This document shows positions 10,458-21,472 of a stretch of 64,000 nt of DNA, piece after piece; the stretch's first letter is position 1, and each line of letters starts with the position of its first letter. The notes beneath the pieces are model-generated. The model did no database searches. It saw nothing but the letters and a program-made list of their open reading frames with translations, and had not been told where the DNA came from. This DNA is from Escherichia phage RB14, in sequence record NC_012638.1; one strand, given 5' to 3'. The position numbers and the translations under genes were made by a program.

Positions 10458-11207
10458 ATGGCAAACATTATTCGTTGTAAATTACCAGATGGTGTTCATC
10501 GTTTTAAACCATTTACGGTAGAAGATTATCGAGATTTTTTGTTAGTTCGAAACGATATAGAACATCGGTCACCACAAGAACAAAAAGAAATAATTACTGA
10601 TTTAATTGATGATTATTTTGGAGACTATCCGAAGACTTGGCAACCATTTATATTTTTGCAGGTATTTGTAGGGTCGATAGGTAAAACTAAAGTACCAGTC
10701 ACATTCGTATGTCCAAAATGTAAAAAAGAAAAGACAGTTCCATTTGAAATATATCAAAAAGAATTAAAGGAACCTGTTTTTGATGTAGCTAATGTTAAAA
10801 TTAAATTAAAGTTTCCTTCTGAGTTTTATGAAAATAAAGCAAAGATGATTACTGAAAATATTCATTCCGTTCAAGTAGATGAAATATGGTATGATTGGAA
10901 GGAAATTAGTGAATCAAGCCAAATAGAACTTGTTGATGCCATCGAGATAGAAACATTAGAAAAAATTCTCGATGCAATGAATCCTATTAATTTAACTCTA
11001 CATATGTCATGCTGTAATAAGTACATTAAAAAATACACTGATATAGTAGACGTGTTTAAGCTATTAGTTAACCCAGATGAGATATTTACTTTTTATCAAA
11101 TTAATCACACACTCGTAAAAAGTAATTATAGCTTAAATTCAATAATGAAAATGATTCCTGCCGAGCGCGGATTCGTATTAAAACTGATTGAGAAGGATAA
11201 ACAATAA
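10458..11207 (+). CDS. 51: Baseplate hub assembly protein gp51
   Basis: 249-aa ORF at T4 gene 51 position. Confidence 0.85.
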   Translation: MANIIRCKLPDGVHRFKPFTVEDYRDFLLVRNDIEHRSPQEQKEIITDLIDDYFGDYPKTWQPFIFLQVFVGSIGKTKVPVTFVCPKCKKEKTVPFEIYQKELKEPVFDVANVKIKLKFPSEFYENKAKMITENIHSVQVDEIWYDWKEISESSQIELVDAIEIETLEKILDAMNPINLTLHMSCCNKYIKKYTDIVDVFKLLVNPDEIFTFYQINHTLVKSNYSLNSIMKMIPAERGFVLKLIEKDKQ

Positions 11208-12382
11208 TGAGTATGTTGCAACGCCCCGGATATCCAAATCTCAGCGTTAAATTATTTGATAGCTACGACGCTTGGAGTAATAATAGATTTGTTGAATTAG
11301 CTGCTACTATTACTACATTAACTATGCGGGATTCTCTTTATGGCCGAAATGAAGGAATGCTGCAGTTTTATGATTCTAAAAACATCCATACAAAAATGGA
11401 TGGAAATGAAATAATTCAGATTTCTGTAGCTAATGCAAATGATATTAATAATGTTAAAACACGAATTTATGGATGTAAGCATTTTTCCGTGTCAGTAGAT
11501 TCAAAAGGTGATAACATCATTGCTATTGAATTGGGAACTATTCATTCTATAGAAAATCTTAAATTTGGTAGACCATTTTTCCCTGATGCAGGTGAATCTA
11601 TAAAAGAAATGCTTGGTGTCATTTATCAAGACCGTACATTATTAACTCCAGCGATAAATGCTATAAATGCTTATGTTCCTGATATTCCATGGACTAGCAC
11701 ATTTGAAAACTATTTGTCATATGTAAGAGAAGTTGCTCTAGCTGTAGGAAGCGACAAATTTGTATTTGTATGGCAAGACATCATGGGAGTTAACATGATG
11801 GACTATGATATGATGATAAATCAAGAACCATATCCAATGATTGTCGGTGAGCCATCTTTAATAGGTCAATTTGTCCAAGAATTAAAATATCCATTAGCAT
11901 ATGATTTCGTTTGGTTGACTAAATCGAATCCTCACAAACGTGATCCAATGAAAAACGCTACTATCTATGCGCATTCATTTTTAGATTCTTCATTACCAAT
12001 GATTACTACAGGAAAGGGTGAAAACTCTATTGTAGTGTCAAGGTCAGGTGCTTATTCTGAAATGACTTATAGGAATGGATATGAAGAAGCTATTCGTCTT
12101 CAAACTATGGCACAATATGACGGCTATGCTAAATGTTCTACTGTCGGTAATTTTAACTTGACTCCTGGCGTTAAAATTATTTTTAATGATAGTAAAAACC
12201 AATTTAAAACAGAATTTTACGTTGATGAAGTTATCCATGAATTATCCAATAATAATTCAGTAACTCATCTATATATGTTCACTAATGCAACGAAACTGGA
12301 AACAATAGACCCAGTTAAGGTTAAAAATGAATTTAAATCTGATACTACCACTGAAGAAAGTAGTTCTTCCAATAAGCAATAA
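11207..12382 (+). CDS. 27: Baseplate hub subunit gp27
   Basis: 391-aa ORF, same length as T4 gp27; start overlaps gp51 stop. Confidence 0.9.
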   Translation: MSMLQRPGYPNLSVKLFDSYDAWSNNRFVELAATITTLTMRDSLYGRNEGMLQFYDSKNIHTKMDGNEIIQISVANANDINNVKTRIYGCKHFSVSVDSKGDNIIAIELGTIHSIENLKFGRPFFPDAGESIKEMLGVIYQDRTLLTPAINAINAYVPDIPWTSTFENYLSYVREVALAVGSDKFVFVWQDIMGVNMMDYDMMINQEPYPMIVGEPSLIGQFVQELKYPLAYDFVWLTKSNPHKRDPMKNATIYAHSFLDSSLPMITTGKGENSIVVSRSGAYSEMTYRNGYEEAIRLQTMAQYDGYAKCSTVGNFNLTPGVKIIFNDSKNQFKTEFYVDEVIHELSNNNSVTHLYMFTNATKLETIDPVKVKNEFKSDTTTEESSSSNKQ

Positions 12383-12860
12383 AGAAGTTTCTATTCCTAA
12401 AATGGGTCTTAAACATTATAACATTTTAAAAGATGTTAAAGGCCCTGATGAAAATTTAAAACTTCTTATTGATTCTATTTGTCCGAATTTGTCACCGGCA
12501 GAAGTTGATTTCGTTTCTATTCATTTATTGGAATTTAATGGAAAGATTAAATCTCGTAAAGAAATAGATGGCTATACTTATGACATTAATGATGTTTATG
12601 TATGCCAAAGATTAGAATTTCAATACCAAGGAAATACATTTTATTTTAGACCTCCTGGAAAATTTGAACAATTTTTAACGGTGAGCGATATGTTATCTAA
12701 ATGCTTGCTTAAGGTCAACGATGAAGTTAAAGAAATTAATTTTCTTGAGATGCCAGCATTCGTTTTAAAATGGGCAAATGATATTTTTACAACTTTAGCA
12801 ATTCCTGGCCCTAATGGTCCAATAACTGGAATTGGCAATATTATTGGATTATTTGAATGA
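12327..12860 (+). CDS. 28: Baseplate hub distal subunit gp28
   Basis: 177-aa ORF overlapping the gp27 3' end. Confidence 0.85.
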   Translation: MNLNLILPLKKVVLPISNKEVSIPKMGLKHYNILKDVKGPDENLKLLIDSICPNLSPAEVDFVSIHLLEFNGKIKSRKEIDGYTYDINDVYVCQRLEFQYQGNTFYFRPPGKFEQFLTVSDMLSKCLLKVNDEVKEINFLEMPAFVLKWANDIFTTLAIPGPNGPITGIGNIIGLFE

Positions 12861-14629
12861 AAAAGCCACAAGAAATGCAAACGATGCGTAGAAAAGTTAT
12901 TTCAGATAATAAACCAACACAGGAAGCGGCTAAATCCGCTTCTAATACTTTATCTGGACTTAACGATATATCTACGAAATTGGATGATGCTCAAGCTGCT
13001 TCTGAATTAATTGCTCAAACTGTCGAAGAAAAATCGAATGAAATAATTGGAGCAATTGACAATGTAGAAAGCGCAGTGAGTGATACTACTGCTGGTTCTG
13101 AGTTAATTGCTGAAACTGTCGAAATTGGCAATAATATTAATAAAGAAATCGGTGAATCGCTCGGAAGCAAATTAGATAAATTAACAAGTTTACTAGAGCA
13201 AAAAATCCAGACAGCTGGAATTCAACAGACTGGAACTAGTTTAGCCACTGTTGAAAGCGCTATTCCTGTTAAAGTCGTTGAGGATGATACTGCTGAATCT
13301 GTGGGTCCTTTATTACCAGCTCCTGAAGCAGTTAATAATGATCCTGACGCTGATTTTTTCCCTACCCCTCAGCCAGTTGAACCCAAACAAGAATCACCAG
13401 AAGAAAAACAGAAAAAAGAAGCATTTAACTTAAAATTATCTCAAGCTTTAGATAAATTAACGAAGACTGTTGATTTTGGATTTAAAAAATCCATTTCAAT
13501 TACTGATAAAATATCAAGCATGCTATTTAAGTACACCGTCAGTGCTGCTATTGAAGCTGCTAAAATGACTGCAATGATATTGGCTGTTGTTGTTGGAATA
13601 GACCTTTTGATGGTTCACTTTAAATACTGGTCAGATAAATTTTCAAAAGCCTGGGATTTATTTAATACTGACTTTACTAAATTCTCTAGCGAAACCGGAA
13701 CATGGGGTCCTTTATTACAGAGCATCTTTGATTCTATTGATAAAATTAAACAACTTTGGGAAGCGGGAGATTGGGGCGGATTGACAGCAGCTATCGTAGA
13801 AGGACTCGGAAGTGTTCTTTTTAATTTAGGAGAGCTTATTCAATTAGGTATGGCTAAATTATCTGCTGCAATTCTTCGAGTCATTCCTGGTATGAAGGAT
13901 ACCGCTGATGAAGTAGAAGGAAGAGCATTGGAAAATTTCCAAAATTCTACTGGAGCATCTCTCAATAAAGAAGACCAAGAAAAAGTTGCAAATTATCAAG
14001 ATAAACGAATGAACGGAGACCTTGGTCCGATAGCAAAAGGATTAGATAAAATTGCTAATTGGAAAACTCGTGCATCTAATTGGATTCGTGGGGTTGATAA
14101 TAAAGAAGCACTAACTACCGACGAAGAACGCGCAGCAGAAGAAGAAAAATTAAAGCAACTTTCACCTGAAGAAAGAAAAAATGCTTTAATGAAGGCTAAT
14201 GAAGCCCGTGCCGCAATGATTCGCTTTGAAAAATATGCTGATTCAGCTGATATGAGTAAAGACTCAACGGTTAAATCAGTTGAAGCTGCCTATGAAGACC
14301 TTAAAAAACGGATGGATGACCCGGATTTAAATAATTCACCGGCAGTTAAAAAAGAACTTGCTGCTAGATTTTCTAAAATTGATGCTACTTATCAAGAGCT
14401 CAAGAAAAATCAGCCTAATGCCAAACCTGAAACTTCTGCTAAATCGCCAGAAGCAAAACAAGTCCAGGTTATTGAAAAGAACAAAGCACAGCAAGCTCCT
14501 GTTCAACAAGCATCTCCTTCAATCAATAATACTAATAATGTTATTAAGAAAAATACTGTCGTTCATAATATGACACCTGTCACAAGCACAACTGCTCCTG
14601 GTGTATTTGGCGCGACTGGAGTTAATTAA
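12857..14629 (+). CDS. 29: Baseplate hub / tail length determinator gp29
   Basis: 590-aa ORF with long helical, low-complexity middle region. Confidence 0.9.
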   Translation: MKKPQEMQTMRRKVISDNKPTQEAAKSASNTLSGLNDISTKLDDAQAASELIAQTVEEKSNEIIGAIDNVESAVSDTTAGSELIAETVEIGNNINKEIGESLGSKLDKLTSLLEQKIQTAGIQQTGTSLATVESAIPVKVVEDDTAESVGPLLPAPEAVNNDPDADFFPTPQPVEPKQESPEEKQKKEAFNLKLSQALDKLTKTVDFGFKKSISITDKISSMLFKYTVSAAIEAAKMTAMILAVVVGIDLLMVHFKYWSDKFSKAWDLFNTDFTKFSSETGTWGPLLQSIFDSIDKIKQLWEAGDWGGLTAAIVEGLGSVLFNLGELIQLGMAKLSAAILRVIPGMKDTADEVEGRALENFQNSTGASLNKEDQEKVANYQDKRMNGDLGPIAKGLDKIANWKTRASNWIRGVDNKEALTTDEERAAEEEKLKQLSPEERKNALMKANEARAAMIRFEKYADSADMSKDSTVKSVEAAYEDLKKRMDDPDLNNSPAVKKELAARFSKIDATYQELKKNQPNAKPETSAKSPEAKQVQVIEKNKAQQAPVQQASPSINNTNNVIKKNTVVHNMTPVTSTTAPGVFGATGVN

Positions 14630-14637
14630 GGAATAAT

Positions 14638-15732
14638 ATGGCAATTGTTAAAGAAATAACTGCTGATTTAATTAAAAAGTCCGGTGAGAAAATTTCAGCC
14701 GGACAGAGTACTAAATCAGAAGTAGGAACTAAAACATACACTGCCCAGTTTCCAACTGGGCGTGCTAGTGGTAATGACACTACAGGGGACTTCCAGGTAA
14801 CAGATCTATATAAGAATGGATTATTATTTACTGCATACAATATGTCATCTAGGGATTCTGGAAGTCTTAGATCGATGAGATCTAACTACTCTTCTTCATC
14901 TTCGAGTATTTTACGTACAGCTAGAAACACTATTAGTAGTACAGTATCAAAACTATCAAATGGATTAATATCAAATAATAATTCAGGAACAATAAGTAAA
15001 GCTCCTATCGCAAACATTCTTTTACCGAGATCTAAATCTGATGTTGATACATCATCACATAGATTTAATGATGTTCAAGAAAGCCTTATCAGTAGAGGCG
15101 GAGGTACTGCTACTGGTGTGCTAAGTAATATTGCTTCAACCGCAGTATTTGGGGCGCTGGAAAGTATAACACAAGGTATAATGGCTGATAATAATGAACA
15201 GATTTATACGACAGCCAGAAGTATGTATGGTGGTGCTGAAAATAGAACTAAAGTGTTTACATGGGATTTGACTCCACGTTCAACAGAAGATTTAATGGCT
15301 ATTATTAATATCTATCAATATTTTAACTATTTTTCTTATGGTGAAACGGGTAAATCTCAATATGCTGCTGAAATAAAGGGGTATTTAGATGATTGGTATC
15401 GTTCTACGTTAATTGAACCTTTATCTCCGGAAGACGCAGCTAAAAATAAAACACTATTTGAGAAAATGACATCGAGTTTAACTAACGTTCTAGTAGTTTC
15501 AAACCCGACAGTTTGGATGGTGAAAAACTTTGGTGCAACATCTAAGTTTGATGGAAAAACGGAAATATTTGGTCCATGCCAAATACAGAGCATTAGATTT
15601 GATAAAACACCTAATGGTAACTTTAACGGATTAGCTATTGCTCCAAACCTCCCTAGTACATTTACTCTCGAGATTACTATGAGAGAAATTATCACGTTAA
15701 ACCGTGCTTCTTTATATGCGGGGACTTTTTAA
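14638..15732 (+). CDS. 48: Baseplate tail-tube junction protein gp48
   Basis: 364-aa ORF. Confidence 0.9.
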   Translation: MAIVKEITADLIKKSGEKISAGQSTKSEVGTKTYTAQFPTGRASGNDTTGDFQVTDLYKNGLLFTAYNMSSRDSGSLRSMRSNYSSSSSSILRTARNTISSTVSKLSNGLISNNNSGTISKAPIANILLPRSKSDVDTSSHRFNDVQESLISRGGGTATGVLSNIASTAVFGALESITQGIMADNNEQIYTTARSMYGGAENRTKVFTWDLTPRSTEDLMAIINIYQYFNYFSYGETGKSQYAAEIKGYLDDWYRSTLIEPLSPEDAAKNKTLFEKMTSSLTNVLVVSNPTVWMVKNFGATSKFDGKTEIFGPCQIQSIRFDKTPNGNFNGLAIAPNLPSTFTLEITMREIITLNRASLYAGTF

Positions 15733-16697
15733 TGTATTCTTTAGAGGAATTTAATAATCAAGCAATAAACGCAGATTTCCAACGTAATAATATGTTTAGC
15801 TGCGTTTTTGCAACAACTCCATCAACTAAAAGCTCTTCGTTGATAAGTTCAATTAGCAACTTTTCTTATAATAACTTGGGCCTAAATTCAGATTGGCTAG
15901 GATTAACTCAAGGTGATATTAATCAGGGAATTACCACGCTAATTACAGCTGGCACACAAAAACTGATAAGAAAATCAGGGGTTAGTAAATATCTTATTGG
16001 TGCCATGAGTCAACGTACAGTTCAAAGTTTATTAGGCTCATTTACAGTTGGTACATATTTAATTGACTTCTTTAACATGGCATATAACTCATCTGGATTG
16101 ATGATATATTCTGTAAAAATGCCAGAGAATAGATTATCCTATGAAACTGACTGGAACTATAATTCTCCTAATATTCGTATAACTGGAAGAGAATTAGACC
16201 CTTTGGTTATTTCATTTAGAATGGATTCAGAAGCATGTAACTATCGTGCAATGCAAGACTGGGTTAACGCTGTTCAAGACCCAGTAACTGGATTACGTGC
16301 TTTGCCACAAGATGTCGAGGCAGATATTCAGGTTAATCTTCATTCTCGTAATGGATTGCCTCATACTGCGGTGATGTTCACTGGATGCATTCCAATATCA
16401 GTGAGCGCTCCTGAGTTATCATATGATGGAGATAACCAAATAACTACATTTGACGTTACTTTTGCGTATAGAGTGATGCAGGCTGGAGCAGTTGATAGGC
16501 AAGCTGCGCTTGAATGGCTTGAATCTGCTGCTATAAATGGTATTCAAAGCGTTCTCGGAAATAGTGGAGGTGTTACTGGACTACCTAATTCGCTTTCACG
16601 ACTTAGTAGATTAGGAGGAACTGCAGGAAGCATTTCAAACATTAATACTATGACAGGGATTGTCAATTCGCAGAGTAAAATATTAGGAGCAATATAA
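15732..16697 (+). CDS. 54: Baseplate tail-tube initiator gp54
   Basis: 321-aa ORF, start overlaps gp48 stop. Confidence 0.9.
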   Translation: MYSLEEFNNQAINADFQRNNMFSCVFATTPSTKSSSLISSISNFSYNNLGLNSDWLGLTQGDINQGITTLITAGTQKLIRKSGVSKYLIGAMSQRTVQSLLGSFTVGTYLIDFFNMAYNSSGLMIYSVKMPENRLSYETDWNYNSPNIRITGRELDPLVISFRMDSEACNYRAMQDWVNAVQDPVTGLRALPQDVEADIQVNLHSRNGLPHTAVMFTGCIPISVSAPELSYDGDNQITTFDVTFAYRVMQAGAVDRQAALEWLESAAINGIQSVLGNSGGVTGLPNSLSRLSRLGGTAGSISNINTMTGIVNSQSKILGAI

Positions 16698-16701
16698 CAA
16701 T

Positions 16702-16732
16702 GGGGACCTTTCGGTCCCCATATTTTTATTTA
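16702..16732 (+). terminator. Terminator after gene 54
   Basis: ggggacc-tttc-ggtcccc hairpin then T-rich tract. Confidence 0.8.
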
Positions 16733-17016
16733 CGGAATGAAATAAAAGCAGCAACTGAAGCAACTAAACTGTCTTCAATATAAACTTCAATTTTTACCGG
16801 AGCTTCTGACTCAAATTTACCTGTTACTACACCTTGAAAAATACTTTCAGTCTGTTCTGGCTTTGAAAAATTTTCAGAAGGAAAAATTCCGAACTTTTTA
16901 TCTGTTCCAAAAATTTTGATAAATTCATCGTAAACTGCTTCATTAAAAGCATTATCAGCAGGAATAACGCCTTCAACGACGAGTTCTTGACCTAAAAAGC
17001 GCAAAGAAGATTTCAT
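16726..17016 (-). CDS. Hypothetical protein (position of T4 alt.-3)
   Basis: 96-aa ORF; SD GAGG 10 nt upstream of ATG. Confidence 0.75.
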   Translation of the reverse strand: MKSSLRFLGQELVVEGVIPADNAFNEAVYDEFIKIFGTDKKFGIFPSENFSKPEQTESIFQGVVTGKFESEAPVKIEVYIEDSLVASVAAFISFRK

Positions 17017-17023
17017 TTTGTGT

Positions 17024-17077
17024 TCCTCATGTTATGTCAGTAAGACTACTATAACACAACATGAGGGACTTGTAAAC
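17024..17077 (-). promoter_or_regulatory. T4-type early promoter nested in an inverted repeat
   Basis: On - strand GTTTAC, 18 nt, TATAGT; 9-bp arms at 17025-17033 and 17058-17066, downstream arm contains the SD. Confidence 0.65.
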
Positions 17078-19134
17078 TACATTTTGAACTTTTTAGACAT
17101 TCCGTTGATGTTAACCAAAGAAGCTAAGATTTGAGAAACTTCGTTTTCCTCTTCTTTTGATTCTTCTACAAGGAATTGATTAAATCCAGCCATTGGACGA
17201 ACTTCACCAGTTTCCATTAGATGGTCGCCATCATATACTGATTCTTCTAATTGTTCAGAAGGAGGAACGATTGTACCTTCGATTAGATACTTGTTATAAG
17301 CAGTTTCTTTCATAAAGTAAGTACTTACTTTATTAATCTTCAGTAAAATTCCACGTGGTAGAATAACTTCAGCTTCTGATGGAAATCCTGATAAATGACC
17401 CGGAACGATAACTTTAACTCGTTCAGCTCCTTTAATTACCATACCCACGCTAGTTTCAGCATCTTCATTAGCATATGTAGAATGACTACCCATATGCATC
17501 AAATCTTCTGCATCAACAGAACCTTCTCCTTCGCCAGAAAATACTGCACCGGAATCATCTAGAGCCATATAGTTTTTACCATGCTCACCGAAGATATTTG
17601 GTTTAAGTGATGTCGATACGAAGTTCTTGAAATAGAACATTTTATTTTCAATGTTATGACGCAAAGTTTTAAAAGTAACTTCTTGTCCACGGTAAAGTGT
17701 AGTTCCTGGAGGAAGAACTGAACCTTTAGCAAACGCAGAATCCATAGTCTCGATGTGCTTAATAGCGCGCTCCATGTATTCTTCACGTGTAGAATCAGGT
17801 TTACCTAAAAGGAATGAGTTCATTTCAACATACGAATCTGCGCAATAATCTTCAATTACATCAGACTCAGCCTGAGTCAATCCTTTTGGAGTTACTTCAG
17901 TGCTTGCATATTCATACGCCTGAGCAGCGGATTCATCAATTAATTTATAAATTCCATTCATTACAAATTGAATAATAGCTGTCTTTTCATCTGGTGTAGC
18001 TTTAGAACCTTTAACTAAATCATTGATAATTTTCTTAATAACATCAAAACTATTAGAAATATTAATATCAGCAAGATCGCTTAAAATTTTATCAGTTTTG
18101 TAATTAAAGAAGTCTTTATTCTTTAAATATTCCTGGGAACCTTGATATGATGTATCGCTCTGCAACTTGATAGATGGATCGCGTAAACGTGCATGGGCTA
18201 ATGCAATATGATTTCGGAAACTTTCTAGTTCATAATCGTTAGATTTAAAACGAGAAGCACTTCTCATACCGCCGATAGCTCCTTTGCCGAAGTTTGAACC
18301 AATCTGAATAACGCCAGAGTTCATTGGTCCTTCTGCTTTATATACCGGAACTTTAGATTCAAACTCTTGATATTTCTTAGCAGCGAAGCTATCACCCTGA
18401 AGTGAAGCATCAACAGTAGAATATTGAGCTTGTGCTGCTAATCGACGACTAATTTTAGTTTTCTGAATAACAGCTTGATCCGTACGCTTATCATTTTCTA
18501 AAGCAATAGAAGCAGCAACTGCGACAGCTTTAGGAACAGCATTACCTGTTTTAACGTCTACATAAACATCACCAACCTTTGATTCAACTTTTGTGAATAA
18601 CTCAGTTGAAATAGGAGGTACACCTGGAATGTCTTCTAAATTGGCATTTTTACGGTAAACCATAATATATGCATATTTCTTATCATAGTCCCAGATTTCC
18701 TTTAAAAGAACATATCGACCTGCTCCTTTAGTACGTACTAAACGGTCAGCAATAACTTGCATTTGACGAGCAGCGCCATTTGTTTTACTTTTTAGTACGC
18801 GGAATAGGCATGCATCAATTTTATACTGTTTCATTGTTTGAAGAGCAGTATCAAAAACCGCATTAATGACACCAATTGGATTTCCACCCAAGTTTTTAAG
18901 CTTAACTAACGATAATTTCTCATTAACACCTATCATTACGATATGCATCATTTTGTCGCCTGGCTTAACGTTTTTATTCGTATCACCGCCAGAGGTGTAT
19001 GTACAAAATCGAAATCCAGGAAGAACGCTTTCTTCACCGGCTTGAATAGCAAAAATTTGAGGTATTTTATGCTTAGGATTTAAGTTAACAACCGGCGCCG
19101 AAGCGCCGTCAAATAATTCTGTAATAAGTTCCAT
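17077..19134 (-). CDS. Alt-family mono-ADP-ribosyltransferase paralog
   Basis: 685-aa ORF; shares N- and C-terminal blocks with the adjacent 698-aa ORF; Arg (LYRGQ), STS (FVSTSL) and ExE (SEAEVILPRG) motifs. Confidence 0.85.
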   Translation of the reverse strand: MELITELFDGASAPVVNLNPKHKIPQIFAIQAGEESVLPGFRFCTYTSGGDTNKNVKPGDKMMHIVMIGVNEKLSLVKLKNLGGNPIGVINAVFDTALQTMKQYKIDACLFRVLKSKTNGAARQMQVIADRLVRTKGAGRYVLLKEIWDYDKKYAYIMVYRKNANLEDIPGVPPISTELFTKVESKVGDVYVDVKTGNAVPKAVAVAASIALENDKRTDQAVIQKTKISRRLAAQAQYSTVDASLQGDSFAAKKYQEFESKVPVYKAEGPMNSGVIQIGSNFGKGAIGGMRSASRFKSNDYELESFRNHIALAHARLRDPSIKLQSDTSYQGSQEYLKNKDFFNYKTDKILSDLADINISNSFDVIKKIINDLVKGSKATPDEKTAIIQFVMNGIYKLIDESAAQAYEYASTEVTPKGLTQAESDVIEDYCADSYVEMNSFLLGKPDSTREEYMERAIKHIETMDSAFAKGSVLPPGTTLYRGQEVTFKTLRHNIENKMFYFKNFVSTSLKPNIFGEHGKNYMALDDSGAVFSGEGEGSVDAEDLMHMGSHSTYANEDAETSVGMVIKGAERVKVIVPGHLSGFPSEAEVILPRGILLKINKVSTYFMKETAYNKYLIEGTIVPPSEQLEESVYDGDHLMETGEVRPMAGFNQFLVEESKEEENEVSQILASLVNINGMSKKFKM

Positions 19135-19137
19135 GAT

Positions 19138-21234
19138 TTATCCTTGAACGAACTTGTAAGGCATGTTTGTAATATCTATGCAAGACGCAATAATTCCAAG
19201 AGATGATTCTACTTTCTGTTTAACGTTTGATGAAACAAATGATGCAAAGTCAACTCTGTCTTCTATTTCAGTATCACCTGTCATTGCAACTACTTCACCG
19301 GTTTCCATTAAATGGTCTCCGTCATAGATTACCGATTCGGTGAGCTCTTCCGTGGTCATAACTTCAGCTTGAATGAGTTTTGTATTATTAGATGTTGTTC
19401 CGTCATTATTAGAAGCATCAGTTATTTTATTAACTTTGACCATCAATCCACGCGGTAGAATAACTTCAGCTTCTGTTGCTATTCCGAGACTTCCTGGATA
19501 TACAACATTAACTTTATGAGCTCCATCAATTGCCCATCCTATTTGAACTTTAACGTATTCAGGATTTTCTTTATACGCTCTTATTTCGTTTGGATTAATA
19601 GTTATTCCTTCTTCATTTTTATCAACTGTTAATTCATTGCGAGCTTCTGGTTCTAAAAGACCAATACCAGCATGTGTGATTCCAAAACGTCCAAAAATGA
19701 TAGGAGTTAAAGAAGTAGATACAAAATTTCTGAAGTAGAACACTTTATTTTTAACTAACGCTTCATATATAGGAGCAGTCATACTTTGAGCACGATAAAC
19801 TGTAATGCCTTCTGGTATACGGTCACCATTTTCAAAAGCTGAATCTAAGTTATTTATAGCAGATTCAATTTCTTTTTCACTCATTACATCATATCGTTCT
19901 GGATTGTAACGACCTAAAAGAAGATTATTGATGTCAGTATATCCTGAACCGCAATATTCTCTAATGCCACGCTTTTGTGATGGAGTATATTTAGAACCAT
20001 CGCGGGCAATAGTAATATCAATCATTGGACCAGCACCAATTCCAGAAAAACTGTAAATCATTCGTTTGAGGAATTTAGTTTTTGCTGCGTTCCAGGAATT
20101 TTTAGTTATTTCTTCCCAGACTTCATCTGGTTGTCCTTTACGATTTTTATTATGATTAGCAAGCCATTTATCTTTATAATCTTCAAAGAATTGATTTACA
20201 GCTGCTGCGTATTTCTCTAAACATTTTATTGAAGTAGTTGGTTCATTTTTAATTGCATTAAAAATTACTTCTTTAATTTTTTCTGAAACTTCACCGACTT
20301 GACTCATTGGAAAGAATTTATAATCATAGTGAAGTTCATCTGCCGTTCCTTCAGCAATAATTTTTGCTGCCTTTGTTTTAGAAGCTAATGAATTAATTCC
20401 AATTTTCATTTCTTCTGCTTCGGGAATTAAAGGTGCAGTAGCTGGTTTATTAAAATTAGCTGCTGTAGATTCATACTTCTGGAATAATTCACTTTCAAAT
20501 CTAGAAGATTCCAATGACTGACTTTGTGCAATTGCTCTACGGGAAATTTTAACTTTAACGATTACGGCTTGGTCAGAACGTTTATCATTTTCTTGTGCAA
20601 TAGATGCAGCAATTGCCTCATTTTTGGTTACTTGAGCTCCAGTATCTTTATTGATATAAACATCACCGACCTTCGATTCAACTTTAGTAAAGAGCTCGGT
20701 GCTAATTTCTGGAACTCCTGGAATGTCTTCTAGTGATACATTTTTACGATGTATAAGAATATATGCATACTTTTTATCGTAATCCCAGAGTTCCTTAAGA
20801 AGGACGTATCTGCCACCTGAACGACTGCGGATGAGTCTATCAGCAATAAGTTGAATTTGTCGAGCTTGACCGGCGGTTTTAGACTTAAGAATACGAAGCA
20901 TGCAGGCATCAATTTTATATTGACGCATTGTTTGCATTGCAACAGTAAAAACTGAATTGATATAATTAATCGGGCTTGGACCAAGACCTTTTAATTTAGC
21001 AATTGAACCTTTAGCAGTTAATGTAAAAGGAACAATATGCATCATTTTATCGCCCATCTTTAAATCACGATTAGTATCACCTCCAGATGTATAGGTACAT
21101 AAACGAAAGCCTGGTTGTTCAATTGCATCATCAACATGAACTGAAAAAATTTGTGGTATTTTCTTCTTTGGATTTAAGTTTGTAATCGGAAGAGTAGTAT
21201 CTTCGTCAAATAATTCTGTAATGAGTTCCATCAT
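19138..21234 (-). CDS. alt: Alt ADP-ribosyltransferase
   Basis: 698-aa ORF (MMELITELFD...; second ATG 21231 has better SD spacing); YRAQ / FVSTSL / TEAEVILPRG motifs; adjacent to ligase. Confidence 0.85.
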   Translation of the reverse strand: MMELITELFDEDTTLPITNLNPKKKIPQIFSVHVDDAIEQPGFRLCTYTSGGDTNRDLKMGDKMMHIVPFTLTAKGSIAKLKGLGPSPINYINSVFTVAMQTMRQYKIDACMLRILKSKTAGQARQIQLIADRLIRSRSGGRYVLLKELWDYDKKYAYILIHRKNVSLEDIPGVPEISTELFTKVESKVGDVYINKDTGAQVTKNEAIAASIAQENDKRSDQAVIVKVKISRRAIAQSQSLESSRFESELFQKYESTAANFNKPATAPLIPEAEEMKIGINSLASKTKAAKIIAEGTADELHYDYKFFPMSQVGEVSEKIKEVIFNAIKNEPTTSIKCLEKYAAAVNQFFEDYKDKWLANHNKNRKGQPDEVWEEITKNSWNAAKTKFLKRMIYSFSGIGAGPMIDITIARDGSKYTPSQKRGIREYCGSGYTDINNLLLGRYNPERYDVMSEKEIESAINNLDSAFENGDRIPEGITVYRAQSMTAPIYEALVKNKVFYFRNFVSTSLTPIIFGRFGITHAGIGLLEPEARNELTVDKNEEGITINPNEIRAYKENPEYVKVQIGWAIDGAHKVNVVYPGSLGIATEAEVILPRGLMVKVNKITDASNNDGTTSNNTKLIQAEVMTTEELTESVIYDGDHLMETGEVVAMTGDTEIEDRVDFASFVSSNVKQKVESSLGIIASCIDITNMPYKFVQG

Positions 21235-21254
21235 ATCCTCTCTAGTGTTTATTC

Positions 21255-21262
21255 TATTTATA
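21255..21262 (-). promoter_or_regulatory. Late promoter (TATAAATA on - strand) upstream of alt
   Basis: TATTTATA on + strand about 20 nt upstream of the alt ATG. Confidence 0.65.
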
Positions 21263-21283
21263 AAATTAAAGGCCCGAAGGCCT

Positions 21284-21472
21284 TTAATAATCTATTGGTA
21301 ATAGAGTACGATATATTTCAAACTTTGGACCTTTTTCATAAGCATCAAAAGTTTCTGTGAATTTATTATAAGCATATGCATCTATAAATTCAATCATGAT
21401 TTGCGATACAGAAGTAGAAACATCTCCACCTTCTTTTTGAGCCACGACAATTGTTTCTAAGTAAGCTTTCAT
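21284..21472 (-). CDS. Hypothetical 62-aa protein
   Basis: ATG overlaps ligase stop (ATGA). Confidence 0.6.
   Translation of the reverse strand: MKAYLETIVVAQKEGGDVSTSVSQIMIEFIDAYAYNKFTETFDAYEKGPKFEIYRTLLPIDY

Noticed and set aside
21268-21285. A/T-rich hairpin aaaggcc-cgaa-ggccttt between alt and the 62-aa ORF as a terminator
   Set aside because: Not followed by a U-tract on either strand; more likely a stabilising stem-loop next to the late promoter.
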